64,000 nt of DNA, taken from positions 352,001-416,000 of the forward strand of contig CAVQYR010000001.1 of NCBI GenBank assembly GCA_963718235.1, read 5' to 3'. The position numbers and the translations under genes are program-made. Of the stretch, positions 55,778-64,000 are shown in pieces; within the stretch, counting starts at the first letter, position 1, and the number at the start of each line of letters is the position of its first letter. The stretch comes from an uncultured Actinomycetota bacterium. Lineage in GTDB: Bacteria > Actinomycetota > Actinomycetes > JAHEKZ01. The notes below the pieces were generated by a model. That model was not told the origin of the DNA, did not search any database, and saw only the letters and a program-made list of their open reading frames with translations.

Positions 55778-57112
55778 GTGACCACCGCCCAGCCCTACTC
55801 CCTGACCGCGTCCCCGGGTCGGCCGCTCCCGCTGGCCGTGCGGGCCGAGGGGCTGCGCATCTGGGACGCCGAAGGCAACGAGTACCTCGACGCCTGCGGC
55901 GGGGCCATGGTCACCACGCTCGGGCACCGGCACCCGCGCCTGGTCGAGGCAGCGAGGCGCCAGCTCGACCAGGTGACCTTCACGTACCGCTTCTCCTTCG
56001 GCAACGAGCCCATGGCCGAGCTGGCCGGTCTTGTGCGCGAGATCGCCCCCATGGACGACGCCTGGGCGTTCTTCAACTCGTCGGGCTCGGAGTCGATCGA
56101 GTCGGCCATCCACCTGGCCCTGTTGTACTGGCAGCACCTGGGCCGACCGGGCAAGACCGAGGTGATCGGCCGCTACCCCAGCTTCCACGGCTCGACGTTC
56201 GCTGCCCTGGGGCTGTCGGGCTCGAAGTGGCGCCAGTCCTTCGAGGAAGTGCTCGACGACAACGCAGTGGCGCAGGCTCCGTGCGCCGACATCCGCTCAG
56301 GCCGCGACGCCGCCGAGGAGCTGGCGTTCGGGCTGGCCGAGATCGAGCGAGCTGTGCTCGAGCGCGGTCCGGAGAACGTGGCCGCGGTGTTCCTGGAGCC
56401 GATCACCGGGGCCAGTGCTGCCGCCGTCGTGCCCCCCGACGGGTATCTCGCCGGGGTGCGGGAGCTGTGCGACCGACACGACGTTCTGATGATCTGCGAC
56501 GAGACGATCACCGGGTTCGGTCGCACGGGGCAGTGGTGGGGAGTGGACCACTGGGCGGTTGCGCCCGACCTGCTGACCTTCGCCAAGGGGGTCACCTCAG
56601 GCATCACTCCGTTCTCCGGGCTCGTCGTGTCGGCTGCCGTCGCTGCGGTGTTCAACGCGAGCCCGCACGGCTTTCCGTACGGGCACACCTTCTCCGGCAA
56701 CCCGCTGGGCTGTGCGGTGGCAGCAGAGTCGATCCGGGTCATCCGTGACGAAGACCTGCTGGCCCGGGCCCGCGAGAGGGGAGTGCAGCTGCGAGCGGGG
56801 CTCGATGCGCTGGCCGCATCGTCTCCGCTCGTCGGCCAGGTCCGTGGCCGAGGGCTCCTGCTAGGCGTCGAGCTGGTCGCAGACGACACTCTCGTACCCC
56901 TGCCCGGGGCCGCGTCACGGCTGACCGAGCTCGCCCGCGAGCGGTTCCTGATGGTCTACGGCTGTCCGACACCGTTGAACGACCAGGTGATCGAGGCGGT
57001 CATGCTCGCCCCGCCGCTCGTGGTGACCAGCGAGGACATCGACCTGATCCTCGACAGGTTCGCCTCGGCCTTGGCGGCTCTGGAGGTCAGCAGCCCAGAC
57101 AGTCTGCGGTGA
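55778..57112 (+). CDS. Class III PLP-dependent aminotransferase
   Basis: YLDACGG, SGSESIE, DETITGFGRTG, FAKG and GHTFSGNP. Confidence 0.92.
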   Translation: MTTAQPYSLTASPGRPLPLAVRAEGLRIWDAEGNEYLDACGGAMVTTLGHRHPRLVEAARRQLDQVTFTYRFSFGNEPMAELAGLVREIAPMDDAWAFFNSSGSESIESAIHLALLYWQHLGRPGKTEVIGRYPSFHGSTFAALGLSGSKWRQSFEEVLDDNAVAQAPCADIRSGRDAAEELAFGLAEIERAVLERGPENVAAVFLEPITGASAAAVVPPDGYLAGVRELCDRHDVLMICDETITGFGRTGQWWGVDHWAVAPDLLTFAKGVTSGITPFSGLVVSAAVAAVFNASPHGFPYGHTFSGNPLGCAVAAESIRVIRDEDLLARARERGVQLRAGLDALAASSPLVGQVRGRGLLLGVELVADDTLVPLPGAASRLTELARERFLMVYGCPTPLNDQVIEAVMLAPPLVVTSEDIDLILDRFASALAALEVSSPDSLR

Positions 57113-57470
57113 GCACCTGCTGACCGTTCGCCGTCGCGGTGAACGACCCCTTGACGGCGCTGCCCCCCGGCAGACTGGTGGCCGTGCCGCTCAGGGTGAC
57201 CGCCTGACCGGTCAGGGAGGTTCCCGTGCACTCGATCCCGACGCCGCCGTCGACCTGCTCACTGGTGCACGACAAGGGACCTGAGACCTCGACCCCCGCC
57301 TTGGCCAGGGCAGCCTGGCCCTGGACCGACGCTGCCGTTCGGGCCAGCACCTCGTCGACGTCAGCCACCTGTTGCTCGCCGTTGCAGCCGCTCACCAGGA
57401 CCAGGCACAGTGCGGAGACCATCACCGCGCAGGCTGTCGGCCGGAGACGTAGGGGGCGCAGCAGCTTCAT
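57087..57470 (-). CDS. Small lipoprotein
   Basis: Lipobox VSGC after a hydrophobic stretch; Cys-containing C-terminal part. Confidence 0.65.
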   Translation of the reverse strand: MKLLRPLRLRPTACAVMVSALCLVLVSGCNGEQQVADVDEVLARTAASVQGQAALAKAGVEVSGPLSCTSEQVDGGVGIECTGTSLTGQAVTLSGTATSLPGGSAVKGSFTATANGQQVLTADCLGC

Positions 57471-57570
57471 CCCTGAAGCATGAGTCGGCGGTGCGCCTCC
57501 AAGAGTCCGACACGCCGAGCGCTAGGCTGGGGCAGCCCTACCGAATCACCCACGACCTACGGAGCATCGC

Positions 57571-57957
57571 ATGAGTTTCTGGGACTTCCTCTACTACACG
57601 CTCGTCGTCTTTGCGTTCGTCGTCTTGCTGATGGTGATCTTCTCCATCATCGGTGACATCTTCCGCAACCACGAGATGAACGGCTTCGTCAAGGCGTTGT
57701 GGATCATCTTCCTGGTTCTGGCTCCGTGGCTCACGGCGCTGATCTACCTGATCGTCCACCACAAGGGCATGGCCGAGCGCTCACAGAAGGCTGCGCAGCA
57801 GCAGATGGATGCGCAGGCGGCCTACATCAAGCAGACGGCCGGTACTGGGGCCACTCCCGCCGACCAGATCGCCAGCGCCAAGAAGCTGCTCGACGAGGGT
57901 TCGATCAGCCAGGCCGAGTTCGACCAGCTCAAGGCCAAGGCTCTCGCCAGCAGCTGA
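57571..57957 (+). CDS. Membrane protein with PLDc_N and SHOCT domains
   Basis: DIFRNHEMNGFVKALW...LIYL and ADQIASAKKLLDEGSISQAEFDQLKAKAL. Confidence 0.9.
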   Translation: MSFWDFLYYTLVVFAFVVLLMVIFSIIGDIFRNHEMNGFVKALWIIFLVLAPWLTALIYLIVHHKGMAERSQKAAQQQMDAQAAYIKQTAGTGATPADQIASAKKLLDEGSISQAEFDQLKAKALASS

Positions 57958-57970
57958 ACCGGTCCCTCGC

Positions 57971-59794
57971 GTGAGCGGGGTTGTGCAAACGCCACTGTGG
58001 GTGCAGCGATTCGCTGCACCCACAGTGGCGTTCCCGCGTTGGGCCCCCCAACGGCCACAGCGGTTGTTCTTCACCTCCGACGACGGTGGGGTCATCCAGG
58101 TCTGGCTCCTCGACCAAGAGTCCGGGGTGCGTCGCCCGCTGACCGACCAGGCCGTCGGCGTCGAGGAGTTAGTCGTCCTTCCGGATGGATCCGGCGTCGT
58201 CTGGTGGCGTGACGACACCGGTGACGAGAACGGGTCGTGGGTCGTCACCGACGTCGACAGTGGTGATGTCCGGCCGTTGATGGCCACCGTTCCCGACGGG
58301 TGGAGCCAAGGGCTTGCCGTCACCGAGGCCACGGTCGCCCTTGCCCTGGCCGACGACTCGGGCTACCGGGCTTACGTCGCCGATCGCAGCGGCAGCGACC
58401 CACGACTTCTGGTGGAGAGCCCGTCGCCGCTCGGTCTGGGCCGGGAGTGGGAGACCACACCTGGCGGTTTGTCCGCCGACGGCTCCCTGGTGTGTCTGCG
58501 GCACAGCGAGGGCGGCGACATCCTGCACTTCGGCCTGCGGGTCCTGGAAGCGGGAACGGGCGTGCTCGTCGACGAGCTGATGGACACCGGGCTCACGCTG
58601 AAGGTGGCCGAGTGGTCGCCAGTTCCTGGCGACCAGCGGGTCGCCATCGTCCACGAGCGGGAGGGCATCGAGCGGCCTGCAGTGTGGAGCCCCCGCGACC
58701 GAGTCCTACGTGACTACCCGCTGGAGCTGCCCGGTCCGGTCGACGTCCTCGGCTGGTGGCCCGATGCGTCTGCCCTCCTGCTGGTCCACCAGCACGGGGC
58801 GAAGCACACCCTGCATCGGCTGGAGCTCGACTCCGGAGAGCTGACCTGGCGGCTCGACCCGGACGGCGCCGTCTCCGGTGCCGCTGTCCGGCCCGACGGC
58901 GAGGTGTGGCTGCGGGAGGAGTCGGCCACGCGCCCTCCTCGCATTCGATCGGAGAACGGCGACGTGGTGCTCGCTGCACTCGGTCGGAGTGCTCCGCCGG
59001 GGCGTCCCCACATCTCGTTGACGGTCACCACTCCCGGCGGTGACGCCCAGGTGCTGCTGTCCACACCGTCGGGCAGCCCGCCATACCCGACGGTGATGGT
59101 CGTGCACGGTGGCCCCGAGTGGCACTACCCGGACGACCTCGACCCGTGGGAGCAGGCCCTGCTCGACCACGGGATGGCCGTGGCGAAGGTCAACTACCGG
59201 GGGTCGACCGGCTCGTCGGTTGCCTGGCGAACGGCCATCCACGACGGGAACATCGGTTTCCCCGAGGTCGAGGATGTCGTCGCCACGGTCGACCATCTGG
59301 TGACGACGGGGGTGACCGACCCGAGCCGGGTCGCGATCGAGGGTGCCTCGTGGGGTGGGTACGTCACGCTGCTGGCGATCGGCCTGCACCCGTCGACCTT
59401 CGCGGCCGCCGTCGGTGTCGTCCCCGTGGCCGACTCGCTGCTCACACACGAGGACTGCTCGCCGCCCCAGCAGGCGTACGACCTCGCCATCATGGGCGGC
59501 AGCCCTGCGCAGGTGCGGGAGCGGTACGTCGAGCGCTCACCCTCGACGTACGTCGACCAGGTGCGTACACCGCTGCTCATCATCGCCGGCGAGTACGACA
59601 GTGCCTGCCCGATCCGTCAGGTGCGGTCCTACGTCGACCGACTCGTCGCCCGCGGTGCCGAGGTCGAGCTCGTGGTGTACGAGGCTGGACACCACGCGAA
59701 CACCACGTCCGACCGGATCGAGCACGCTCGGCTGGCTCTGGAGTTCCTGTGCCGGCGACTGGGGCTGCCCGGACCGGATCGGGCCTCGCCCTAG
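57971..59794 (+). CDS. S9 prolyl oligopeptidase-family protein
   Basis: HGGP, NYRGSTG, GASWGG, GEYD and AGH. Confidence 0.9.
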   Translation: MSGVVQTPLWVQRFAAPTVAFPRWAPQRPQRLFFTSDDGGVIQVWLLDQESGVRRPLTDQAVGVEELVVLPDGSGVVWWRDDTGDENGSWVVTDVDSGDVRPLMATVPDGWSQGLAVTEATVALALADDSGYRAYVADRSGSDPRLLVESPSPLGLGREWETTPGGLSADGSLVCLRHSEGGDILHFGLRVLEAGTGVLVDELMDTGLTLKVAEWSPVPGDQRVAIVHEREGIERPAVWSPRDRVLRDYPLELPGPVDVLGWWPDASALLLVHQHGAKHTLHRLELDSGELTWRLDPDGAVSGAAVRPDGEVWLREESATRPPRIRSENGDVVLAALGRSAPPGRPHISLTVTTPGGDAQVLLSTPSGSPPYPTVMVVHGGPEWHYPDDLDPWEQALLDHGMAVAKVNYRGSTGSSVAWRTAIHDGNIGFPEVEDVVATVDHLVTTGVTDPSRVAIEGASWGGYVTLLAIGLHPSTFAAAVGVVPVADSLLTHEDCSPPQQAYDLAIMGGSPAQVRERYVERSPSTYVDQVRTPLLIIAGEYDSACPIRQVRSYVDRLVARGAEVELVVYEAGHHANTTSDRIEHARLALEFLCRRLGLPGPDRASP

Positions 59795-61236
59795 TGGGAG
59801 ACGTGGATCGCAGGTACGCGGTCCTTCCAGGGCCGGGCCTCCTCGAGCTGCGCCGAGAGCCGCAGCAGGAGTGACTCGGCACCGAAGGCACCGACCAGCT
59901 GCATGCCGATCGGGAGGCCCTCGGAGCTCATCTGCAGTGGCAGGGTGATCGCGGGCTGGCCGGTGGCGTTGAACACCGGGAGGAAGGACTCCATGGCCGA
60001 CCAGCCGGAGAACATGTCACGCAGCTCGACCCTGGCCGTGGGGTCGTACCCACCGAGGCGGGGCGGCAGCGTGCCGAGGGTGGGTGTGAGCAGGACGTCG
60101 TAGTTGCTGAAGAACCAGCCCATTGCGCGGGCGATGTAGTTGGCGGTGTCGCTGGCGTCGAGCAGCTGGGATGCCTTCACGGTACGTCCGTACTCGAGCG
60201 CGGCGAAGGTGCTGCCCTCGAGGTTCTCCGAGTCGGGCTCCCGGCCGACCGCGCGGGCGAACCAGTCGATGGTGTGGGCGTTGTCGGCGGCCCAGACGTC
60301 GGTCATGGCGCGCAGGAAGGAGTCCCAGTCGAGCGGCGGGCGCGCCTCCTCGACCACGTGTCCGAGCTCGTCGAGGAGCTCGACCGTCCGCTCGGTGGCG
60401 GTGACGACCTCCGGGTCCGCTGATGCGCCGGAGAGCGGTGACGTCCAGTAGGCGACCCGCAGCCGCTCGACCGGTGCGCCGACCTCGTCGCGAAAGGCGC
60501 GTCGTGGCGGGGCGATCACGAACGGGTCTCCAGCCAGGGGCCCACCCAGGTGATCCAGCAGGGCAGCGGTGTCACGGACGCTGCGGCTCACCATGAAGTG
60601 AACCGCCCACCCGGTCAGTGCCTCGGCGATGTGGGGTCCCCAGGGGACCCGGCCCCGGCTGGTCTTCAGGCCGACGACACCACAGCAGGCCGCGGGGATG
60701 CGGATCGACCCACCACCGTCGGAGGCTGACGCGACCGGGACGATCCCGGCTCCGACCACGGACGCGGCGCCTCCGCTGGACCCGCCGGCGATGTGGTCGG
60801 CGCTCCAGGGCGACGCCGTCCGACCGGCGGCCAGGGTCTCGGTGGTTCCCATGATCCCGAACTCCGACGTGGTGGTGCGGCCGAGGTTGACGAGTCCGGC
60901 GCGACGGATCCGGCGGGGAAGCTCGGACTCCACGGGGGCGATCCACCCCTTGCCCAGCCGGCTGCCGTTCTCGCAGACCACACCCGCCTCACCGTGGAAG
61001 AGGTCCTTGAGCATGGTCGGCACCCCGCCGAACGGTCCGGTGGGCGCGTACTCGAAGCGCAGCGAGTCGGCCCGGTCGTCGAACGCCTCGACCACCGCGT
61101 TGAGGGTGCCGTCGACCTTGCGCACCCCATCGATCACACAACGGGCCAGCTCGGCGGGAGTTACTTCACCCTTTCGGACTAGCTCGGCTAGTCCGGTGGC
61201 GTCATAGGTCGCGTACTCGTCGAGCTCCATGGGCAT
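59791..61236 (-). CDS. Amidase (AS family)
   Basis: LKDL, GGSSGG and SDGGGSIRIPA. Confidence 0.92.
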   Translation of the reverse strand: MPMELDEYATYDATGLAELVRKGEVTPAELARCVIDGVRKVDGTLNAVVEAFDDRADSLRFEYAPTGPFGGVPTMLKDLFHGEAGVVCENGSRLGKGWIAPVESELPRRIRRAGLVNLGRTTTSEFGIMGTTETLAAGRTASPWSADHIAGGSSGGAASVVGAGIVPVASASDGGGSIRIPAACCGVVGLKTSRGRVPWGPHIAEALTGWAVHFMVSRSVRDTAALLDHLGGPLAGDPFVIAPPRRAFRDEVGAPVERLRVAYWTSPLSGASADPEVVTATERTVELLDELGHVVEEARPPLDWDSFLRAMTDVWAADNAHTIDWFARAVGREPDSENLEGSTFAALEYGRTVKASQLLDASDTANYIARAMGWFFSNYDVLLTPTLGTLPPRLGGYDPTARVELRDMFSGWSAMESFLPVFNATGQPAITLPLQMSSEGLPIGMQLVGAFGAESLLLRLSAQLEEARPWKDRVPAIHVSH

Positions 61237-61464
61237 CGACTGTAGCCGCGGCGGTCTGCCTTTCCTGATCCAGGTCCCTCCATCGCGCCCTCCATCGGAG
61301 TGACCCGAACGAGTGCTCCGGTGGCGCGTTGTTGCTGCCGAAACACCGGTCAGGGCGCATACTGCTGCGGCGACGTCTCCCACGGACGCCGGTCTCGGCG
61401 AGCCCGCGGACCGGCAGTGACACGGTGACATCGGTGACCCAGTGACATCGGAAAGGCAGGGCTG

Positions 61465-62541
61465 ATGACGATCCCGTCGTTGCAGCCTGACTCCGTGGAG
61501 ATGGACGTCGTCTTCCATGCCGTCGACGGCGGGTCGGACATCGCCGAGCGGATCCCGTCCGCCTTCGGCTACGCGTGGCCCGCCTACCGCTCGTGGTTCC
61601 TGCGCGACGGGGAGTCGGCTCGGGCGTCGTACGCCGAGAGCGTGCGGCAGCTGCGCCGTCACATGCCCGAGCTGATGCCCACCTACGACCGCCTGGTCGA
61701 CGCGGTAGGGGGCGGAGACCTGGAGGCGAGGTTCCTGTCGCACTGGTCGCCGCCGCCGCTGTTCGCCGCCTGCTCCATGGCGGCCTGGACCCGTGACGCC
61801 AACCTGCTGGTCCGCAACTACGACTTCCCTCCCGCCCTGTGCGACACCACCGTCCTGCGGTCGGCCTGGAACGGCACCGGTGTCCTTGCCATGAGCGACT
61901 GCGTGTGGGGAGCCCTGGACGGCATCAACGGGTTCGGGCTGGCCGTGGCCATCTCCTTCGGCGGGCGCAAGGTGGTCGGTCCCGGGTTCGGCATCGGGCT
62001 GGTCGTCCGCTACCTCCTGGAGTTCGCCCGCGACGTTCCCGAGGCCCTCGAGGTGTTGGACCGGCTACCACTGGCGATGGCCTACAACGTGGCCCTCGTC
62101 GACGCTTCCGGTGGCGCGGCGGTCGCCTACGTCGCGCCGGACCGCCCGATGGCCGTCGGTCCGTGGACCACCGCGGCCAACCGCCAGGGTGCGACCGAGT
62201 GGCCCGAGCATGCGGAGTTCTGCAGCACCGTTGAACGAGAGCTCACCCTGTCCGAGGTGGTGGCCGACCCGGCCATGACGTCGGCCGGCCTGGTGCAGGC
62301 CTTCCTCCGGCGCCCGCTGTACCGGCCCACCGCGGAGAGCACCTGGGGCACCGTGTACACCTCCGTGTACGACTCCGACCAGCGCACCATGACCCTCGCG
62401 TGGCCCGACTCCCGATGGACGCTGTCGATGGACTCTTTCGTCGAGGACTCCGTCGCCAGGCGGACCCTCGTCGCGCTCCCGCCCCGCGACCATGCGCCCA
62501 TGCCTCCGGCCGCCCAGGAACGGCCCCTCCTGATCGCCTGA
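61465..62541 (+). CDS. C45-family peptidase
   Basis: ACS nucleophile context, LVRNYD, GALDGIN and WGTVYT. Confidence 0.85.
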   Translation: MTIPSLQPDSVEMDVVFHAVDGGSDIAERIPSAFGYAWPAYRSWFLRDGESARASYAESVRQLRRHMPELMPTYDRLVDAVGGGDLEARFLSHWSPPPLFAACSMAAWTRDANLLVRNYDFPPALCDTTVLRSAWNGTGVLAMSDCVWGALDGINGFGLAVAISFGGRKVVGPGFGIGLVVRYLLEFARDVPEALEVLDRLPLAMAYNVALVDASGGAAVAYVAPDRPMAVGPWTTAANRQGATEWPEHAEFCSTVERELTLSEVVADPAMTSAGLVQAFLRRPLYRPTAESTWGTVYTSVYDSDQRTMTLAWPDSRWTLSMDSFVEDSVARRTLVALPPRDHAPMPPAAQERPLLIA

Positions 62542-62627
62542 CCCACCGAGTGGCGCTGGCCCAGGAGCGGTGACTGTCGTCGAAGCAGTTGCAGTGGGAT
62601 CGCCGCGTGCCTAGAGTCGCGGCCACC

Positions 62628-64000
62628 ATGGCAAAGGGCACCAAGAAGCAGAAGCGCAAGAAGGCCAAGTCGTCCCCGCCGCCGTCCGCGGCGTCAGTCG
62701 ATCGGCCGATGCTCCGCGACCTGTCGCAGGTGTACCGCTACTTCCGGTCCTCGACCAAGCCGATCTACTTCGTCTCCCCCACGCCGTACAACGTGCTCGG
62801 GATCGACCAGTGGGTCAGTGGCTTCCGCTACATCAGCTACTTCGACAGCTTCGACGGAGCTCACCCGCACCTCTTCTCGCCGACCCATTCAGGCGCGCGC
62901 GACTTCGAGACCTTCGAGTCGGTCAACACCTACCTCCTCAGCAACAAGGAGGTGATCGACTACGTCCACCGCACCGGGATCGGGCAGGTCCTCTTCGTCA
63001 TGTTCGACGAGGAGACCGAGGCGCTGGCCGAGGAGCTCGGCCTCGAGATCGCCCTGCCGCCGCACGAGCTGCGCAAGCAGATCGACTCCAAGGTGGTCAC
63101 GACCCGCCTGGGCAACGAGGCCGGCGTCCCCAGCGTCCCCAACGCGCTCGGGCGGGTGTCGAGCTACAAGGAGCTGCAGAAGCTGGCCAAGAAGAACCAC
63201 CTGGGACCTCGGCTCGTCGTGCAGACCCCCTATGGCGACTCGGGACGCACCACCTTCTTCATCGACTCCTCCGACGACTTCGACCAGCACAAGGAGGTCC
63301 TCGTCGACGAGGACCTCAAGGTGATGAAGCACATCAACCACCTGCCGGGAACCGTCGAGGCGGTGGCCACCCGGCATGGAACGATCGTCGGCCCGATCCA
63401 GACCGACCTCACCGGGTTCGTCGAGCTCACCCCGTACCAGGGCGGCTGGTGCGGGAACGACATCTTCCCGTCGGTGTACGACGACAAGGTCCGCAAGAAG
63501 ATCAAGCGGATGGCCCGGCGCCTGGGCCGGCGGCTGTACCAAGAGGGGTACAAGGGCGCCTTCTGCATGGACTTCCTGATCGACACCGACACCAACGACG
63601 TCTATCTCGGAGAGATCAACCCGCGTATCTCCGGGGCGTCGCCGCTGACCCAGCTCATCACCGCCACCTACGGGGGCGTCCCACTGTTCCTGTTCCACCT
63701 GCTGGAGTTCTCCGACGTCGACTGGGAGCTCGACCTTCGGGCGATCGAGTCGAGGTGGGACCACTTCGACCGATGGAGCCAGCTGGTCCTCAAGCAGGTC
63801 TCCGACGACATCGAGATGATCACCGACGCTCCTCAGTCGGGGCTGTGGCGGATGGCTGACGACGGCTCGATCAGCTTCCTTCGGTCGGAGACCGACTGGC
63901 ACGCGGTGAGCAGCTACGACGAGGCGTTCTACCTAAGGGTCTACGGAGCCGGGGAGTACCGCTACCCCGGGGCCGACATCGGCGTCGTGGTGGCCAGGGG
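62628..64000 (+). CDS. Biotin-carboxylase-like ATP-grasp protein (runs off the window end)
   Basis: Manual translation MAKGTKKQ...PIYFVSPTPYNVLG...DSKVVTTRLG..AGVPSVP...QTPYGDSGRTTFF...GWCGND...YLGEINPRISG. No stop before 64000. Confidence 0.8.
   Translation, partial: MAKGTKKQKRKKAKSSPPPSAASVDRPMLRDLSQVYRYFRSSTKPIYFVSPTPYNVLGIDQWVSGFRYISYFDSFDGAHPHLFSPTHSGARDFETFESVNTYLLSNKEVIDYVHRTGIGQVLFVMFDEETEALAEELGLEIALPPHELRKQIDSKVVTTRLGNEAGVPSVPNALGRVSSYKELQKLAKKNHLGPRLVVQTPYGDSGRTTFFIDSSDDFDQHKEVLVDEDLKVMKHINHLPGTVEAVATRHGTIVGPIQTDLTGFVELTPYQGGWCGNDIFPSVYDDKVRKKIKRMARRLGRRLYQEGYKGAFCMDFLIDTDTNDVYLGEINPRISGASPLTQLITATYGGVPLFLFHLLEFSDVDWELDLRAIESRWDHFDRWSQLVLKQVSDDIEMITDAPQSGLWRMADDGSISFLRSETDWHAVSSYDEAFYLRVYGAGEYRYPGADIGVVVAR

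Overview
High-GC actinobacterial-type chromosomal DNA with about 55 genes, many apparently leaderless. The left end (1-13 kb) looks like an accessory, decaying region: a degenerate 3' half of tRNA-Arg (att-like scar), a complete IS481-family element with a 6-bp target duplication, an intact MazEF pair, a dead YefM-YoeB pair and several gene remnants. The most interesting part is 18.4-28.8 kb, a compact cyclic-nucleotide signalling locus. It encodes a tandem AsnC-like protein, a class III cyclase-STAND ATPase-TPR protein with a guanylate-cyclase-type Glu, and an unannotated 50-aa peptide with repeated EDDT(E/Q)G(S/H) motifs followed by a perfect 22-bp hairpin. It also encodes an MFS-cNMP fusion transporter, a GAF protein coupled to a minimal S8 protease, a Crp regulator with an altered recognition helix, a stand-alone cNMP-binding protein and an MBL-fold hydrolase. 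Matching CRP-like boxes (TGT[CG][AG]-N6-[TC]GACA) lie upstream of both the cyclase operon and the peptide gene. My inference is a peptide-processing, cNMP-coupled feedback circuit. The rest is metabolic and envelope genes: a BacNav-like channel, two agmatine deiminases around a TetR, a P-type ATPase, a frameshifted acyl-CoA ligase, N5-(carboxyethyl)ornithine synthase, C45/S9 peptidases, an amidase, and an ATP-grasp gene running off the window end. All family assignments come from motif recognition by eye; no database searches were run.
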